From: Phoronis australis
Taxonomy: Eukaryota; Animalia; Phoronida
Length of the DNA stretch: 64,000 nucleotides
Assembly (NCBI GenBank): GCA_002633005.1
Contig: NMRA01000211.1
Coordinates: forward strand, 226,262 to 290,261
Direction of reading: 5' to 3'
The notes below the pieces were generated by a model that was given only the letters and a program-made list of their open reading frames with translations, was not told the DNA's origin and did no database searches. Positions 36,001 to 46,325 of the stretch are shown here, one piece after another. Within the stretch, counting starts at the first letter, position 1. Every line of letters begins with the position of its first letter. The translations under genes were made by a program, and so were the position numbers.

Positions 36001-39000
36001 CACATGAAATCAATCCAGATCAGTGATTTCTGAGAGATGATGCTCCCAAGTTAGCTAAATTTAGAATTTTTCTAGGGCCCTATATATCTCCTTAAAACTA
36101 CATCATGAGAAGTGCCACTAGAAGACAATATTACAAGATTTACCTCTATTACCCCTAGAGTACACACGTCAACTGACTCTGCACTATGTACGATGGTCCG
36201 TGCTGGTGTTTGCACATGCTCTGAAGGATATGCATGCACACTGGTGTAATGGAACACGTGGATTATGCCCAGTTATTAATCCCATGAAAAACCCACTGCT
36301 TGGAAAGATGCTTCAGAAATATGTGGAAAATGTGACCTTCTATGGTAAGTACAAAATATTTTTTGAATTGTTGATGTACAAGGACACCCCACTTAGCAAC
36401 ATTTAAGTTGTTGAATTTAGAGTGACTGTGGTGGAATATCTGACCAGAGAAGAAAACGTTCACTTTCATTGGTTCCTGGAACAACTGAGTATAATATGTA
36501 AATTTGCCTTATTTAAAAACTCAAAAAAGGATTTCACCCAATTAAAAATGGATGCCTTTCTTCCACATACTCGTCTAACAATTATGAATGTTTCCTACAA
36601 GATTTTGAAAAATATTGATAACATGATTGTTAAAGGCAGATAGCCGGATATCATGATTTAGCTTCTATTATTGTACATAATATTTTGCGTGACAAACATT
36701 TAAGAAAATTGTTGAAGTCAAACGCAAAGACTAAGAGAGCTGTATGGGAAAATCTAAATCCAACATTTTGAAATATTTTTAAAAATCTGAACGATTTAGC
36801 ATAATAGCCATGTTATGGCTTCAATCCCCTGAAATGTGAAGAACTTATCTGTAAGAGTTGTCATGTACGTTCAAAGTTGGACTGAAACATTGATTTCCTG
36901 TCCAAGACTTTTTTGCTAACGAATACTGCTCAGCAGTGATAAATATTAGGCTTAATAGCAAGCACAAAAAAGGAACAAACAGGTGCTGCATAGGGTATTG
37001 ATACTGCTATTGACATGGCAAACAAAGTAGCGTTCTTACGAAGGGTCCGTGTGTCTTTTCTGAGAAAAAGTGTACTTTCGACATTTAACAAAGTGTATTT
37101 GGTGATGAATAAATATGACTTGTCAGGTGACCTAGAGCAAACATTATATTCACTGGTCTTTGAATTTCCTTATTTTTTCTGTAACAATTTTCAGATGAGA
37201 AGTTGCACCAAACTTTCAGTTTTGTAAATAAAGTTGATGGACCACCTCGTTACAGCATTTTTGTCTATAATAGACAGAATTTATCACTTCAGTGGACTGA
37301 AGTAGGGTCATATTCAGGTAAGAATCATTATAATTTGTTTTCATACCTACTGAACCAGGATAGTTGTGACTGCTATGTAATCGTTACCTTTCACACACTA
37401 GTTATAAGTGTTGTAAATCTTGAACCGGCATGAAATTGCTACTATTTTATAAGTCAGGTTTGCATGCCACCTGTTGGCCATATCATGTGACCTAATGATC
37501 ATAAGTCATATACACTCATGAGTTTATAGGTCGAATGCCCATTCGCGGTTTGATTGGTCCCGATGGCACAGTGGACTTAAGAGTGTCTGCATGGATAGCA
37601 GAAAGTCCCGGGATTGAGTCTCAGTCGGTATAGAAATCTTTTCAGACTTATATTCAGTAGATGACACGACTCAGTTAAAAATGTTCATATTGTAAACTAC
37701 CCACTACAAAATACCTCTGCTTTATGTGTATCAACTGAAGAATCATTTAGTGACCATCTCAGACTGTGTACACCCCACAGTGTGCAAATTGTCTTTTACT
37801 TTTGAAACGTGTGCTTCAACGAAAATGGATATTTACATGTGCTATTCTTTGAGAAAGAGAATGGTACTTTTTGAAGATGTCTTGATCTAATGGCACATGT
37901 TACTTATTACAGAAGGCATTTTGAACATTTTTAGCTGGCGTCAGCCAATCTCAGTAAGGTGTGTTTGTCTTTTTCATTCATATAACTTGGCTCTTAGCCG
38001 AGATTCTCATTGATTTTCAATTGAAGCCAAATTAGTAAACTGCCAAACATCTCTAATTAACTGAGATATAACTGTACACAATACAGGATTAAAGACAGTG
38101 GACATGGTTTCAGGAGTTCAAGGTGAAGACCGATTGAATTTCACTAAAAGATTTGCCGACATGGTTAACCAAGTCATCAGCCCGTATCCAGAGTCAAGAT
38201 GTAGCAAGCCGTGCAGTGAAGGCCAAGCCATGAAGTTGCTGGAAACGGACAAATGCTGCTGGATTTGTACAAACTGCAGCACTAATGAATACCTGTCTGA
38301 TCCCAATACATGCATGCCATGTGAAGAAGGTTTTGTGCCAAATTTAAATCGCAGTGCATGCCGACCACTTCCACTTGTGTACATCACATACACTGAAGGA
38401 TTATCCATAGCCGCACTGACATGCTCAGCTGTTGGTATCATGGGTAGTCTCATTGTGGGAGGTCTCTTTACACTGCACAGAAAGACACCAATAATTAAGG
38501 CTGCTGGGAAGGAACTGAGTTACTTTTTGCTGGCAGGGATATTTGTGTCATACCTCTCGTCATTTGTGCATCTATGGAAACCAAGCATGTTCGTATGCGG
38601 GTTTAGACGATTTCTTGTGGGATTTGCATACACAACCTGTTATGCGCCTATATTAGTGAAGACAAACCGAATTTCTAGAATATTCAACAGCATATCTGGG
38701 CCAAAGAAACCCAAGTATATTAGTCCGCTGTCTCAGGTCGTGATGACAGGAGTGTTAATATCCATCAACGTAATCATAACACTACTTTGGATTGGCATTG
38801 ACAATCCACAGACTAAGAGAAAGACAGAGGAAGATAACCAAGTGCTTATCTGTAACGGTGAAGACAATGTTGTGTACATCATTGCTTTTGCGTACCCATT
38901 TCTTCTCCTGTTGGCGTGCTCTTTTTACGCCTTCAGAACACGCAAAGCACCTGATGGTTTCAATGAGACTCGGTACATCGCCTTTACAAGCTACACAACT

Positions 39001-40736
39001 TTCGTGATGTGGCTGGCATTCGTTCCATTTTATTTTTCCACCCAACAGCATCAGCTACGGCCGTTCATCATCTGTATGTCGCTGTTTGTCAGCGCTTCAG
39101 TTTCTCTTTGTTGTTTGTTTGTGCCAAAGATATACATTATACTGATGCGCCCAGAGAAAAACACCAAAGACGCTGTCATGCAGAGAACTCGGCGTATATC
39201 AAGTATGAACAACAGTATGGGAGACAACTTTACTTCTCTGGAAGGTGAGATAAATGAATGTTGTGACAATGACACCTTATGATCAGGTATATTACTAGTA
39301 CGTCCCTTTTATAAATTGAAATAATAACCTTGGCAATCATTCTAGAGAATACAACAATAACCTCTTTATGGAGACAATTTTGAAATTTGAAATATCTTAT
39401 GATAAGTGATGTTAGACATGACTCGAAACTCGAGGAAAAGAAACAAATTTGTTTTTATGTCTGCTGATTTTCATATAATTTTTTTGATTTTGCCAAAAAA
39501 AATTTTAATCAATTTCCAAAACAAAACATTGTGAATGTTCTAAAAAAGCTTCCATGGTCTTGTTCAAGTCATCAATAAACTATTACAAAGTTAACCCTTT
39601 TGTACTTTGAAATGTGGAAATTTCATAGATAAATGATCTAAACATGACTAACTTAGAAATTAACTCAAGCGTATTACCACCCCAGTGACAGTCATGGTCA
39701 ACTTTTGCAGAAATCCTGTTTACGCAATGCTCCAGTTTTAGCGTATAATCACAAAAAGATACTAGTACATAATATTAAGTTCTACTGTACAATATCTAGT
39801 CTGTTTATAGCTATTCTTTGAACTTCTTTTTTGAATTTTTGTTGTCCCTGAGCCTTAACCATTACAGATACGTGTGTGGTGATGTGATAACCGGCCGATT
39901 TCTGCTAACTATGGGCTATCATAGGTTCTTCAGTCACTTATTCAAGTGACAGTTATCCTAGTCCAAATTCACATTTTTTTGAAAATTAAATAGAAACATC
40001 TGCCCGGATAATTCCTAGCACAACAATATAGACGACTGCTCTAATTATTTTCTCACTTTTTCATGTAAGAAATAAACACAATATGCACACAATTATGCTT
40101 TTCAATGTTTAAGTTTTGTGTGATATCTAACACACAAAAGTTTGAAAACTTCTGGGAGCATTTGTCATTACCTCTCACGAGTCATCCCTGGGAAACATGT
40201 TGACAAAGCAGACAGGGAATACCAGACACTTTTGGATTTACTAATGCTTTAGACTTCGTTAAATAGGTTCCAGGTCCAGGCAACATTGTCCATCAACTAG
40301 TTCTGGAGCCCCGATGGAGGATATCTGTGAAACAATGTCACCTTCCTCCTCTGTTTGGACAGTCTCAACAACAGTTCATGACTCCATCTTTCAACCAGAT
40401 GATGACAGTGGTGTGTTCTCAGGTACACCACAGCCTACCGAGCATGACGGTTCAAACGATGGCAGCCTCATTAATGTAAGTGCTTAACAGGTTTCATTTT
40501 CATTTTTGTTAGTTTTCCTTGAGATGAAGTTTGCATTCAATATGGTGGAAAGGTGCTAGATTGAAAACAAACAATTTTTGGATTTTTGCTCAGTTCTTTT
40601 GACATTTTTGTTTTATTTCTACTTGAAGAATAACAGCTTGCAACTTCCCATTTTGGTTGAAGTCACCCACGAGATGAACACGGCACAAAGAGACATACAC
40701 ATGAACACTGAACCGTTAGTCATGAACAAACTATAG
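11528..40736 (+). CDS. GRM: Metabotropic glutamate receptor-like class C GPCR (mXR/class IV-like), whole gene. Exons 11528-12040, 13669-13781, 25730-25932, 30974-31181, 34428-34561, 36159-36344, 37195-37317, 38087-39244, 40267-40475, 40629-40736; about 984 aa
   Basis: Signal peptide, Venus flytrap motifs (GDVLVGSLFPIH, VVGVVGGSSSSVSIAVANLLRLFNVPQ, RTVPSD, SDGW, RNPWFHEYWE), a 9-Cys cysteine-rich domain and a 7TM domain (KTNRISRIF, FNETRYIAFTSYTT, FVPKIYIIL). All introns are GT-AG with matching phases and the joined exons are stop-free. Confidence 0.93.
13669..13781 (+). CDS. GRM: mGluR-like coding exon 2
   Basis: Acceptor acctacag; translates VSYLSTSPDLSNKDTFTYFQRTVPSDVNQAQAIVEIL; donor gtaagt at 13782 (phase 2). 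Confidence 0.92.
14115..14570 (+). repeat. Dispersed repeat (copy of 620-960)
   Basis: Colinear similarity to 620-960 with small indels. Confidence 0.7.
15716..16117. mobile_element. ~400-bp MITE, PIF/Harbinger-like (other copies at ~17576-17986 and ~26354-26767)
   Basis: Imperfect TIR agtgccatttacac...gtctaaacgggtct, internal ttgacac/gtgtcaa palindromes; three copies in the window. Confidence 0.65.
16346..16417 (-). mobile_element. tRNA-derived (Ala-like) SINE head or tRNA pseudogene inside a copy-specific insertion
   Basis: Minus strand reads gctgcgTGGTGTAGCGGtaaagtcggcgactAGCaatattagggtcccgGGTTCGACCCCgtcc, with A and B boxes; the acceptor and anticodon stems do not pair properly. Confidence 0.6.
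17576..17986. mobile_element. MITE copy within the duplicated block
   Basis: Near-identical to 15716-16117. Confidence 0.6.
19000..19680 (+). mobile_element. Diverged HINE-like element, left part (interrupted by the LINE)
   Basis: Monomers ttttggacagatctgactact...cccctagtgg and catagtggccatt...gagtctgtttttgt match 31620-31890. Confidence 0.55.
19680..23880 (+). mobile_element. Decayed non-LTR retrotransposon (CR1/L2 group, Crack/Daphne-like), APE plus RT ORF2 with stops and frameshifts
   Basis: APE motifs (SVNIQSLRSKF, GGLVIYV, AGDFN, TLIDQI, SEH), RT motifs (NYRLISIL, DLSKAFDTIDH, GVPQGSILGPLLFLIYVND, YADD), HTEP, terminal CNILHCYAC at ~23366-23392, (TC)n-like tail at ~23870. Confidence 0.9.
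23881..24240 (+). mobile_element. Diverged HINE-like element, right part
   Basis: ctgctgtggtgccctcttgtggc, ttttggatggatctgacaact and tctagtggccatttt continue the monomer order of the 19000-19680 part. Confidence 0.55.
25730..25932 (+). CDS. GRM: mGluR-like coding exon 3
   Basis: Acceptor ttttccctacag; (K)RFRWTYVSMLFDDTNYGEK...NGICLA...PDAK; donor gtaaca (phase 1). Confidence 0.92.
26354..26767. mobile_element. Diverged copy of the same MITE family
   Basis: agtgctgtttacac...gtctaaatgggact; shares tcatctctactgcgcttgtgcaatgacc with 15716-16117; TA-rich flanks. Confidence 0.65.
28245..28578. other. Assembly gap (334 N)
   Basis: Run of N. Confidence 0.99.
30974..31181 (+). CDS. GRM: mGluR-like coding exon 4
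   Basis: Acceptor ttctaattttcag; (A)VVLLTYRN...FVYIGSDGWSGR...PGFDDYFL; donor gtgatt (phase 2). Confidence 0.92.
31445..31897 (+). mobile_element. HINE/DINE-1-like (Helentron-associated) non-autonomous element, 5' end, truncated at the N at 31898
   Basis: T-run, hairpin atgcgcccacata...tatgtggacgcat (31451-31480), (GTCC)n microsatellite, then ~150-bp monomers containing ccctagtggc. Confidence 0.7.
33679..33901. mobile_element. Small MITE, Harbinger-like
   Basis: Termini aaggccctttcata and tatgtaaggccctta are imperfect inverted repeats; internal ttcatactg repeats. Confidence 0.45.
34428..34561 (+). CDS. GRM: mGluR-like coding exon 5
   Basis: (S)LTPETMSSSRNPWFHEYWESTFGC...CTGKENPRT; acceptor attctag, donor gtaagt (phase 1). 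Confidence 0.9.
36159..36344 (+). CDS. GRM: mGluR-like coding exon 6
   Basis: (K)YTRQLTLHYVRWSVLVFAHALKDMH...GLCP...YVENVTFY; acceptor acccctag, donor gtaagt (phase 1). Confidence 0.9.
37195..37317 (+). CDS. GRM: mGluR-like coding exon 7
   Basis: (D)EKLHQTFSFVNKVDGPPRYSIF...WTEVGSYS; acceptor aattttcag, donor gtaaga (phase 1). Confidence 0.9.
37556..37632 (+). mobile_element. Degenerate tRNA-derived SINE head
   Basis: ggtcccgaTGGCACAGTGG...gtcccGGGATTGAGTCtc, degenerate A and B boxes at tRNA spacing. Confidence 0.4.
38087..39244 (+). CDS. GRM: mGluR-like coding exon 8 (cysteine-rich domain, 7TM and proximal C-tail)
   Basis: ORF 38098..39282 carries PESRCSKPC...CCWICTNC...CMPC...SAC (9 Cys), TPIIKAAGKELSY, KTNRISRIF, FVPKIYIILMRPEKN; acceptor atacag at 38086, donor gtgaga at 39245. 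Confidence 0.95.
40267..40475 (+). CDS. GRM: mGluR-like coding exon 9 (Ser/Thr-rich C-tail)
   Basis: Acceptor ttcgttaaatag, phase 1 compatible, open for 69 codons (GSRSRQHCPS...DDDSGVFSGTP...GSLIN), donor gtaagt at 40476. Supported by splice signals and open frame only. Confidence 0.7.
40629..40736 (+). CDS. GRM: mGluR-like last coding exon (NNSLQLP...LVMNKL-stop)
   Basis: Long pyrimidine tract then acceptor ttgaag at 40628, phase 0, TAG at 40734-40736. An alternative acceptor at 40636 would give LATSHFG-stop. Confidence 0.55.
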   Translation, partial: NNSLQLPILVEVTHEMNTAQRDIHMNTEPLVMNKL

Positions 40737-43700
40737 GGTAAATTGAAGATGTGACTGAACCAGGAGTGGAGAACTGGTCATCCTCTGATATCGTGATCGT
40801 GCTGTGATGAACGAAATTGGGAGACCAGTTGACACCAAGAGTGGGTGCATGCTATAGCTGTGGTTTCAGTCACTTGATGGTTACCTTACTGGATGAGTAT
40901 ATTGGGTGAAGTACGACCAAGTGTAATTGAAATGGTACATGGAATATTATGTGGAAATATAAATTCCATGGTAACTGATTGGATCCATCTGACAAAAATA
41001 AGAGGAGAGTTGTGTATTACCAAGTGTGTGCCATACTGTTGGGAGTGTAGAATTCAGTGGAGAAAACTGTGTCAATCAAACCAAGAAGGACAAGATGTGT
41101 ATGTGTGCATGTGCATGTAGTGCAATATACACTGTGCAACTCACATGGAGAGAACTCAAGCAGCAAACAGCAGTGCGAGCCAAACCTAATGAAAGTCTCA
41201 AAGAACACTGCACTGAGGTAGTCCAGTAGATTCTGCTATCCTGCCTGCTTCTAACCCTTGCCAATTTTCTATGAGAAATAACATTAGGTCAAAAGTTATA
41301 ACTGGAAAATCCTCGGTTAATTTCTGTTTTAGGAGAAACATGGTCAATATGCTGATCTTTTTGATACTATGGCATGAGCTTCATATTTTAAAAAGTAAAC
41401 TTTTGTTGAATTTTGCTGGTTTAAACAGATGTGTTTATAAGTACAAGTGAACAGGCTACCGCAGGGCGTAATCACTTTCCTTAACTTGAGATCTCAGCTT
41501 GAAGATTTGTGTCAAATAGAATTTGAGCATGCCATTGAAACAGTGTTTTGCTATCAATGTACATTTTTTGCTAAATATTACTAAAAAGACATGGTCACAT
41601 GACCCAATTTATGGCAGATTTGTCAAGTCAATAAAATTCTACAAGCTTTCCAATATCAGAAAATATGTACTTTTACTTTGTTTAAGTCTGTATTTAAATA
41701 TTTGACTAATTACGCAGATTGGTCAATAAGGCTCTTCATAACCTTAAACGTAATAGCATTTGGATTGTGTCCCAACAGACCCATAGATGTTTACCTCCTG
41801 AAACTCTCGATCTCATGCGGCCAGCCACCATAGCTTCATGAAAATTCCCATCTAGGCAATTGACTCTCAATGTTTTCAGGGTTGCTGAAGACCTGGGTAC
41901 AACATAGCAGCCTCATATTAGCTGAATAGAGGAAACCTAAAGATTTTAATGTTTTAGTTCATAGGAATTTGTCTTTATTTAGATTACGTGTCTATGTCTT
42001 CAGTGAAATTTAGCAAAAAAGAAATGTACATTGGACAACGGAATCAAGAGCACGATGACCAAATTTGATTTGATATAAATGGTCAAGGTGATTGATACCT
42101 CAATGCTTTTCTAAATTATCATATTGTTCTAATTTATGCAACTTTTTCACGAAAATCAAAAATGCGCTATTTTAATAGCCCTTTATTCAAAAGTGGAACA
42201 TTTTAAAAATAATTTCGTAGTGTTTTGGAGAACAGTGCACATAGCATATTATCTGGATCAACCCTGTCTGAGATATGATGTTCCGTAGTTTGCCAAATTT
42301 AGACTTTTTTCTAGAGTCCTACATAACCTTAAGAACTGAGCAATTGCGGGAAAATGTCAAAATTTGGCCAATTTCGGAACAGCACATCTCGGAAATGACT
42401 GAGCACATTCAATTGAAACTTTCAGATATTGCGACTTATGCACTGTTTTCCAAATTGCTATTGGGAAGTGTCTTAAAAATGTTGCACTTTTGTCTAAAGT
42501 GCTGATGAAAACTAGGACTTTTAGGATCTTAAAGCATAAAAATGAAACTGTAATGTTTTTGAGATTCTTTAATGGTTCCAAAGTAAATTTTGTGATCATG
42601 TCTTAATTTTTGCTTAGTTCTCAAAATATACATTAAATGCACATAGTTATTGCTAAAGTAACTTGTAGCTGCTGTTTGACAAGAGTTCAGTCTAATATGA
42701 AAACTGTTTAAATTACCACAATGACCCGTTTTCAATTAAGGTGCACATGGAACTTTAGCCCCCGAATGGTACCTTCGATCTCGCGCTGCTGAGGTTGCAT
42801 CGCATGGAATTTGTTCTGGTGTTAGTTCTTGCTATAGAATTTACCGTCATTAAAATTTTTCGCAACTCCGCCAATGTTCAACCGAATTGCATAAGAGTCA
42901 TACCTTTATCAGTATGATTATACCAAAAGCAAAAGCTAAATACTTTAATTCATGAATAATCACCATACCCCGTACCTGACAGGTTTAAAAAATAATTCCA
43001 AAAACAAAGTGTTACAAAATGCAATATCGACTGGGTGTAATAGCAACATGTAAAAGGAAATGAACTAGTGAAGTTATATAAATGACTAGTTAAGTCAGTA
43101 GGGAAATAATTTCAATGATTCAAAACTTTTCTACCTTACAAAGACAAAGATTTTAGAATTTTGGTCCCTCACAGTTGCTGTGAATTCAGTCAGACAATCA
43201 TTCAGGCAGTTTGATACAATAACATTCTTCAGAAAAAATTCGAGACAATGACATTTACAACAAAAAGTAACGGATTGGATTCTTTTACAAGGTGAACTTT
43301 TCATTTTATTCCGGTAAGGCGAATACTACAGATAACAGTATTCTTCAGAAATCGAATAGTAAAAAACGGTAAACACTGCACAAATGAACTATTATAAAGA
43401 CATGAAAACATTCGAGCAGATATTTGCAAACACTCGTGAATAGCTTCGAGGTCTCAAGCTCTAATAGTAGAATACAATGGCCACGTGCTGGAGTTGGCAT
43501 TCCAGGAATGGAATTCTATGAAGTGGTGTAGAAATCCGTAAATGTGAATGTAAATTTTACGCGATATTTATTGTGAATGTTCGTGGGCTTCTTGAAGAGA
43601 TTATTGGCTTTTGTCTTGAGCCACAAGTCATAAACCTGACTACAAATAGCCAATATTTTTTGTTTTTGTGTGTTGTGAAACATCAGAAGTGTTAAACACA

Positions 43701-43962
43701 AGGTAAAATTCTTAACCCTAGCTGCATTCCTCATTTCATTCAGTTGTCTTAAATGGCAATGCATGAAAGGTAAAATGTTTTTGTAATGGATGTCATAAGA
43801 CAGGAACCTTAGCTTCAAGGTAATTAAAAATCATGTGCACTGGAAGCTGCTGAACGCACCATATGTTTGTTGACTTAAGCCATCTCGGCAGTGTTGTGTG
43901 AATTGTGAAACCATACAAAAATCGATGAATCCTTGTGATATGTGATAGGCAGGATTATGTTA

Positions 43963-44002
43963 AATAAACCACTCGTGGAAAAATTAATAAATGCATTTTA
44001 TT
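43963..44002. terminator. Back-to-back polyadenylation signals between the convergent genes
   Basis: AATAAA on + at 43963-43968 and 43986-43991; AATAAA on - at 44002-43997. Confidence 0.4.
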
Positions 44003-46152
44003 CAATCAGAAAGTTTGCATTGGTTGCAGAAAAATAATCCATACTTAAAAGTTTGATTTTCAGGCAAGAGCATGAAGAGATTGACTGCCAGATTTCTAAA
44101 ACCAAGAAGCAAGCAAACAAACAGCCAAGTATTACACTACAGTCATCAATAAAACACTTCATCTCCTGAGAAACTATAAAAATGTAAAATCAAAGACACT
44201 TCTCAAACAAACAGCTGCCATTTGAAAAATCCTAAATCCTCAATAATTTTACAATATTACCACTAAAAATCTGGTCTTGTCACACGGTAAAATCTCACCA
44301 ATTACAAACAATTATAACAGCCAAATTAGGCTTTCTTCATTTTTCCAGATCTTCGAAGATTCTATTGAATGCCCCCCTTGTTCAGAAATATTGTCCAGTG
44401 GTAGCTGTTGTGTAAAGGACATCAATTTGGTTATCTTCTTGGAAAAGAGTAAAGCAAAGCTTTCATAAGTACCCATCGTATGAATCGGAAACAGAAAATA
44501 TGCAAGGGGTGATAATTTTTAATACATCCATGGTATCGTAGTCAGATCTACTCTGAAATCAACATCAGTTGTGCATATCTGCAAATTTTATTTACATTCA
44601 GACCTATAAAAATGGTAGATTTTGAGACAGACAAAAGAAAGCATGCATTTCCACAAGGGACTTTTTGATGCCCAAACAGACATGTATTCGTCACATTTCA
44701 TAAAAATCTGTGCACGAACTCAGAAGATACAAGGGCAAAAGGTAAAAACAACAAACTTGCCACATCCGGAAGAAATTATCACCTGTCAAAGAAGAAGTTG
44801 AGAACATACAGCAGGTGATGCAAAACAAAACACCATTGCCTCTAGGGGGTGCCACAGTAGTGACAAAGTAATTGTAATGCTGATCATTCTTAATAACCTA
44901 ACATGCAATGGTGTTAACACTGGTTACCAAAAAAATAGAAAGGTGTCCTAATCTCAACATAAATCTTTTAGCAGTTTCATGGATATATCTCGAGGGACAG
45001 AGATGAGCGTCAAAAATAACATTGCTAGTAGAAACAACACTAAAAGTTGCCTTCATCCATTATCAGCTTCACAGGAACACATCCGCCAAATTTCACTAAA
45101 ATCCTGCAAGGTTTTGAAAGATACAGCAGCGGATGCTGGATATGGGATAGCTCACACAAAAAACAAGAAGTACCCAGATGAAGTATGCGTGGCCGGAGCT
45201 TCACTAGACTGTCATATTGTGTCATAAATTGCTGCCACTTAACCACAACAAGGGGGTAAAAATTAAACTATTTACATGCCCAAAAATATGCCAGAAAGAG
45301 GAGATACTGACACGTAAGGTTTATCTAGAAATTTTATTGTCAATAATTACGATTCTGAAAAGGATAGAAATAGGATACCATTGCTTTGGAATTAATGCAC
45401 ACAACCAGGTGATCTGTGTCTAACAGACTACACATACAATACAGCTCATGCGCTGGTAAACATTGCCCATGGTCCAGTAAACTCATGGCCTGTTCCAGCA
45501 CTACAATATTGGGCATAGAACAAAAATTACGAGATATCCTGATTTTCTGGGCCTTGGTCTGGTGAGAATAAACCAGCCAGACTGACCAGCAAACATCTAC
45601 GAAATTTTAATGTCACCCGCATTTTTTCACCTAAATGAGATTTGAAACTGAAATTTGTTGGTTTTACACAGTCTTTTGATTGAAATTTAAACTTTCCAGG
45701 ATATTGGAAATAATTGTACCTTTCTTTTCCAAAATAAAGATTTTTAGCATGAAAGTTAAGGCACCTGTCATCTGTCATAAGTGCATTAGTTATGTTGTTC
45801 AGGTAACCTGTTTAATGTGCAAGTATTAGAAATTAATTATTAAATGTAATGAAAACAATAAGATAGGACAATTGCAAATCGACATTCCATTTTTAAAATT
45901 CTACATTCTTATAAAACACTATAAAATTGTATAATTTCGTTATAATTTAAAATGAAGCTGTTCAACAGTTTAAATCCTAAAACTTAACACTTATTTTCTG
46001 AATGTTTAACACCACACAATTCACATTCACTAACATAACAAGTCAAACATCAACGCAAGCTGGCTACCAATCAAATCTATAGTCTCCTTGTCTACCATAA
46101 TCCAATTGCACTGTGTCAGATATTTCCGAAACAGGAAATGCAAACTCCCTCA

Positions 46153-46325
46153 TCACTCAGAATAATCATGCCTGTACTTGTCATGTCCATCATAATCCAG
46201 TTTCTCTCCCATAATCAGACATTGTATGACCCATTCTGTCGACACCAGAGGCACTGCAGCAGTCTTGGCACGCTTCACTACTGACCGTGGACAAGTTGAG
46301 TCAGTTAGAATGACGTCGGGCATAT
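46153..46325 (-). CDS. TP53BP1: TP53BP1 last coding exon (end of BRCT2)
   Basis: (D)MPDVILTDSTCPRSVVKRAKTAAVPLVSTEWVIQCLIMGEKLDYDGHDKYRHDYSE-stop, close to the human 53BP1 C-terminus; too short to appear in the ORF track. Confidence 0.93.

Noticed and set aside
40725-40736. PDZ-binding or PTS1 motif at the receptor C-terminus (MNKL)
   Set aside because: No Ser/Thr at position -2, the last exon call is uncertain, and PTS1 is implausible for a 7TM protein.
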